From: Diploschistes diacapsis
Taxonomy: Eukaryota
Direction of reading: 5' to 3'
Assembly (NCBI GenBank): GCA_023645945.1
Contig: JALAIB010000056.1
Coordinates: forward strand, 1-38,454
Length of the DNA: 38,454 bases
Shown here: in pieces, positions 32,816-38,454 of the stretch
Position numbering within the stretch: position 1 is the first letter of the stretch
Layout of the letters: the number at the start of each line of letters is the position of its first letter
Notes under the pieces: model-generated
Database searches by the model: none
Told to the model about the DNA's origin: nothing
Seen by the model: only the letters and a program-made list of their open reading frames with translations
Translations under genes and position numbers: made by a program

Positions 32816-35800
32816 CTAATCTTGAACTAGTTGTTGGATCTTAGGTATGAGTTCGGGAATTCTGAAGGGCTTCGACACCACATCATCCTGCATACTGATT
32901 AGTATAACACGGCTTTGGCTACTCAAAGCTTACCATTCCAGCCGCCAAAGCACTTTCAATATGGGCGTTTCTAGCGTTAGCGCTCCTGGACAATGGTCAG
33001 TTATTAACAGGCCAATTCGTTACACTATCGGCTTACACCGCAATTATCGGAACGTGCTTGACGACCACTCCGATTCTCTGTAGCTCGCGGATCGTCCTCG
33101 TGCACGTCAACCCGTCCATGACCGGCATCTCTAGATCCATAAGAATGATGTTCAACTCTGTGCCATTAGTTTCATGCCCAGTCCAGAACCTTGTCTGCTT
33201 CAGTTCCTCAATACATTCGCCCCCATGGTTTGCAACAGTGACGACGCAGCCTTGAGCACGCAGCTGCTTAGATAACACCCTTTGGTTAACCAAATTGTCC
33301 TCCACTATCAATATCCGAAACTGCTCCAAGGGTCTCGGAGTTGTTGCTACAGAAAGCTGCTCGTTCGATATAGAAGGCCGGATGATATTGGGCTGCTTCA
33401 AGGATCGGGGTAATGAATGCTTACGGATGGCTCCAGCAGGCGAAACATGATCGACAGCTTCTGCAGGACCATGGGACTTCCGAGCCTTGATGTAGAAGGC
33501 GAAAGTGCTACCTTTACCGTTCTCAGACGAAACCCCAATCTCGCCCCCTTGCAGTTCAACGAGCTGCCGGGAAATGAACAGGCCCAGCCCAGATCCTCCA
33601 TATTGAACGTGAGTTTTCGGGCTAGCTTGGGAAAAGCGTAAAAAGAGCAGTTTTTTCTCGCTTTCTGTCAGACCTTTCCCAGTATCTTGCACAGCGAAGC
33701 TCAGAAATACATTGTCGCCTGTTCCCCAGTCTTTACCTTCCGTCACTTCGGCCCGTTTAGATCTGCTGGGAATATATGAGACGCCGCCTGATGAAAGTTG
33801 GGATGGAGTCTCCGTTGAGGCCGAAAGTGTGATCACGATCGTCCTTTTGGCCTGGCTCGTAGTGAATTTGATTGCGTTTGTCGTAAGATTGATTAGCACT
33901 TGCAGTAGTCGAGACGGGTCGAGGCGCACCCAATTGATCTGCAGATCCTCGATGGACCGATCAATCTTGAATTCCATTTTTATATCAGCGGTATGAAGTT
34001 CGCCTTCGAACATTTTCAGAGCTTGCTGCACGATACCGGTTGGCTGAACGTCTACTGGGGTTACCAAGAGGAGAGCAGAGTCTAGCTTCGATAAAGTTAG
34101 GACGTCGGATACGATGCGGGTCTGGTGATTTGCACAAAGCGCGATGGTTTGTGCAGCATCAATATTGCTATCAATAAGACTATCAGGTATCTGAAGGCTT
34201 CCTGAGTTGGCCTTAAATTCGAGTAAGGAGCCTGAGATTTCGTCAGCGCACTGCAAGATAGCGCTCAAAGGATTTCGCATCTCGTGGCTAGTCATGTCAA
34301 TAAAGTTCGACTGTTGTCGCTTCAGCTCGACGGCCTCTTCCATTTGCTTCTTCTGGAAATCTTGAGCCCACTTCTGTTGGCTGATGTTGGTGATGCTTCC
34401 GAAGGCCGATTTAAGGTTGCCGTCATCATCCTTCTCGGGATATGTACTCCCAAGGACCCACGTATCTCCTCGGGCGCCGTTCGGATCCTCCCAAAGAGTC
34501 TTGAATCGAAATTCCGTAGTCATAGGTATCTTCTTTTGTATTAAACCTTCCCACATTTCCCGAACAACCTCTCGATCCTCATCCTTAACGGTGTCCATCC
34601 ACGAGCTCCCATTCCTACCTTTAGGGTGTTTGGAAAGTGCGTGGAAAGTATCATTAGTGAATATCATCCGTCCTTCTCTATCAGCAATAAATATACCGAC
34701 TGGAGCAAGCTCCGCCATTCTAGTGAACTTGGTCTCGCTCTCCACCGCCTCCTTTGTCCGCGCAGCCAGCTGCTCAGACAGCTCTATGCGGTCTAGTGCA
34801 GCAAGCTTGGCCGCACGTTGACCGCGTTTGATTTCTTCTTCGAACAAAGCTACCGATGCAAGTGAGGTTGTTAGTTGCCTGCTTAGCAACTGAACAAAAA
34901 GACTGTAGTCATCATCATAACTCCGGCGTGGGTTGACGCCCATCACTAGGAAGCCGTTAATTGAGTCTCCAGTTGCTGGGTGAATCGGACAGACAATAGC
35001 TGCCCTGGGCTTTTCGGGAAATCCTCGGCACGAAAGGCCTTCAAGGATCTCCTGATCAAGTGTGCCGCTAGACGTCTCAAGAAGCACGGGCTTGTCAGCC
35101 ATCATAGCTTCTCTGAATGCTATCCCAAAGCCTTCAGTTCCATTCTTCAGGTCAATTATCGGCGGAGCTATCGGATGCCCTTCAGGTATCTCCGGCAATG
35201 TTCCCTCGAGCACGCAGGATTTCGCTCCTACAATACTATTGGAATGCATAGAGGATGCATCACTATCACCATCATCTGCCACGGAGTAGAGAAGTACGAA
35301 TGGCAAGTCGTACTCGTTGTACTCTAGTCCCTTTAATACTTGAGGCCAGAAGCTTTTGACCTCACGTGCAACAGCCGTTGTTTCGCCGACCTCTCTTAGG
35401 GTAAGCATACGTCTTTCCGCAATTTTGCGCCGCGTTTTCTCAAAGGCAGGGTTAAAAAGACCGACGACGCTTCCATCTGGTCCCACAAGCGGGATGAGTG
35501 ACCTATGACAACCGTAAGTACTCCGTTTAATGCACGATAGCATTGGGGTCGCTGGGTCTCATTCACCATGAAAAATACGTTTCCTCCAGAAATCCGGAAC
35601 GGCTCACGAAAAGACAATCATCGTCTTTCATTGTAGACAGGCCGGTAAGCCTGGCGGCGGTAAAGCTCTCCTTGACCTCCTCCCATATTTCGCCCCACGC
35701 CTCTTGATAGGTTTGACCCATAAGTTGTGGGTGCTTCTGACCCGCGAGAAGTATGTATGGCTCGTTGTACAATGCCACGTTATCTTCACCCCAATACATC

Positions 35801-37464
35801 GCGGCAGGATGTGGACTGGCCATGAGCAAATTACAGGTTGATCTAAGTATCGGCGACCAGTTATCAATCGCCCCTAGGCTCGTTTTCGCCCATTCGATGC
35901 TTCGAGCGAATTGGATATGCTTCGGCATTGCTGCAGTAACAGGCAGGCGCGTCCAGTCGAAAAACCCTTGATCTTGGATAATTGAAGGGTCAGACGCCTC
36001 TGTGCTCGGGTTCCGAGAAGCTGGCTCGCCCATTTGAGGTTTGTTTGACGCCTTTGCGCCGATCGCGGTGCTTGATAAAGAAAGCAGAGAGGTGTCATCT
36101 ATGGGTTTGGTAGAAGACACAAGCGACTGCTTATTTGTGGTAGCTGGCGTCTCAATAGAAGACAATACGCCTTCAGCAGGTTCTCCGAGAAGACTTGACA
36201 CCGTGCTAGATTGCACATCCCCAAAGTAATCGGAAGGTTCAGATGCAAGAACTTTGGCGCTCTCAGTGACTACATGCGAATGGTTACTGGGATTGGATGC
36301 GGCCGAGGACATTATTGATGGGGCGGTGGTTGGTGGGTTGGAGCGGATGCTCACTGCACCGGTCGACACTACTCCGTAGAAGATACGAAATTTCTTTCTG
36401 AGGGTTGAGCATGTCCACAGCGCACCACCGAACGCAAAAGCTGGGAGAGATACGTCCATAGCTTCACCGTTCTGCACGAAACTCATAACCCAGGCCTTGA
36501 ATTCCGGAAACCCCACGGCGCCCGTCAGCCCTGTCGTATCTTCCGGAACCCTCCCACGGATCATGTTGAGTATTGACGAATAGGCTTTTAAAGTTGCATT
36601 TGCGTAAGCAACATGTATTGGCCCGGCATGGAAATTCAGGGTATTCTCAAGATCAACAATAAAAGCCAGCCTGTCATCTTGCTCCAATAGCTCCAGGATG
36701 CCCACTTGAGAAAGCGAGCGCAGACTTCTCGACGTAAGTTCCCTCTCATCGGGCGATAGAATCTTCGAGAAATCCTGTCGTTCACCAGGCAGCCTCCCGC
36801 CAGGTTGGCGGCGTGACGCTGTACTCGTAGCTGTATGAGGGCTCATGTCAGAAATCGAACCCCTCGCCAGTTTCACTGTACGGACATTGCTGCTATTGTC
36901 TTCCATCGTGGCTTTTTCCATCATGGTAGCCCCAGCGTCCGAGCTCGAGAATCGTGGCAGAGTCGGTCTCTGGCGGGGACTGTGGGAGAAAAACAAAGGG
37001 GACACTGCGACCTGGTTTGGTCTCGTGGGTTTGGCAAGCTCGGGGAAATCGTGTATCTTCTCAGGCCTAGGTCGAGTCCTGAGTCGCTTGGAGTCAGCTT
37101 CGATTTTCGCATTCGCTTTCGTAAACTCGTTAGGCACACTGCGCTTCTTGCCACCTGGAATCAGGGAACTTGAATTGAGGAGACCACCTATTGCAGGTTG
37201 TGAGGCTGGCCGGCGCTCGAGCGTTGGCCTGATGTCGTGACTACTCAATAGTATTTCTTGCCATGGTTGACATGCGACAAAACCAAGAGCTTGAGCTGCG
37301 ATCCTCTGCCGACTATCGCCAACGTTCCAAGAGTCTAAGACCCCAGACGAGGTGGCCTCGATAGCGCCAGCAGGATGGCTGGCCGAAGGCGAGTCCCCTG
37401 TAGATATCGCTTCGCTTGAATGAGTTTTTTTGTCGGTTAAAGATATTGCAGGTGATTCGGTCAT
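32816..37464 (-). CDS. Hybrid sensor histidine kinase (PAS/GAF-like input region, HisKA, HATPase, receiver); introns 35566-35503, 33036-32986, 32933-32888
   Basis: H-box MTSHEMRNPLSAI, N-box QVLINLTTNAIKFT, G1 VQDTGKG, F-box RFSQ, G2 GGSGLGLFIS; receiver ILIVEDN...ILMDLEMPVMDG...SKPF. Start taken at the first in-frame ATG (MTESP). Confidence 0.94.
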
Positions 37465-38454
37465 AGATGCCCATAGATGTGCTCCTTCTACTCTACTTGC
37501 AGGCAAGCGCAATTTCTATGTAGTCGATTAGTTTGCTGGATAATCCAATCACTCGCCAGCGGAAAAGCTCGAGCCCAGCTCTGAGCAACTCTAGCGCTCA
37601 GAGGAAGCATTCGCAATGACGACCTCGAATTCATGCACCCCTTCAGCCCCTCAAGGAAAACAAAGTGCTGCAGCTCTGTACAGACGCATGGTCCTAAGAG
37701 AGGTGGACAAGGGTTACTAGCAAAACATTTTCGATTCACATATAGATTGATGGGATTAACGGTCGGACCGGGAAAAGGCCAGCACGCCACACCGGGCCGC
37801 TCGAAGGATGTGGCTGGTGTGTAAAGGGGGTTGAACTCTGTGCCCCAGCCACACGCAATCCTTTCCCAGATCAGGCCCAGCCCCTGGTAGTATAGTATCA
37901 TCTTACAGTGTTCGTTGCTTCTCTTTTTTTCCCCAAGAACAGTTCAGTATTAATAGGAAAGGTAGCTGAAGTTATTTACGCGTAAGGGCAGAAGTTGTTC
38001 TAGACAGCCTCGGGGAGTTTTCCCGGCTGGCATAGGCCAAGCACCCAGTTCAAGTTTTAAGCCAATAATCTGCTAGCAGGCTTAGGGAGGGCTGGGCTGC
38101 GTATAGTTAGGCCCTGTTTGGCTGCACATAGAGCAGCTCTACGATAGAGCAGCTCTCTACATAGATGGCGGCCACCATTTACGTAGAGGCACTTCTATGT
38201 GGCGCGTTTGGCAGCCAGCCTTACCGCGCTGTCGCTTACCATCCTCGGCCTAGTAGTCCAGCCTCGGCTCAGTTTTCTAGCCTTCCCGGCCTTCTCTGCG
38301 ATGCTCACGCATTTGTCGTAATGCTGCTGGGCTGCGTATGGTTGCGCAACATCAGCGAGCAAAACAACGGTTATCCTGTTATTGTTTTCGTGATATTTGG
38401 ATTAAAAAACCGTCCATTTTGGCCAGATGGGAGGGGGAAATGGGAGGGGGAAAT

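Noticed and set aside
29250..37464. Secondary-metabolite cluster (dehydrogenase + 2OG oxygenase + sensor kinase)
   Set aside because: No backbone synthase, transporter or pathway regulator in the window, and the dehydrogenase is a pseudogene.

Overview
Gene-dense, intron-rich nuclear DNA from a filamentous ascomycete (Pezizomycotina-type: short ~46-130 nt GT-AG introns with CTRAY branch points, AT-rich RIP-like relics). The ORF track splits most genes at introns, so I spliced gene models by hand. From left to right: an AT-rich LTR-like relic; an intron-containing tRNA-Arg(TCT); a sterol glucosyltransferase-like GT1 gene; TIM10; an Stb2/Stb6-family gene; mitochondrial lysyl-tRNA synthetase; an HNH endonuclease; xylose reductase; a BTB protein; CSN12; RPL20; Sec61beta; SDS22; a Psr1-like phosphatase; a decayed xylitol dehydrogenase pseudogene; a 2OG-Fe(II) oxygenase; and a hybrid histidine kinase. 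Most are conserved housekeeping genes, and I see no clear-cut novel multi-gene system. The best leads are: (1) the GT1 enzyme's tail, which combines a VPS13/ATG2-C-like Gly-rich segment with about 5 UIM-like motifs; (2) a xylitol dehydrogenase relic lacking its NAD-binding domain, 13 kb from an intact xylose reductase; (3) two 4-nt microexons and several weak or rare splice sites; (4) a lone HNH nuclease among core genes. All family assignments come from motif recognition, not database searches.
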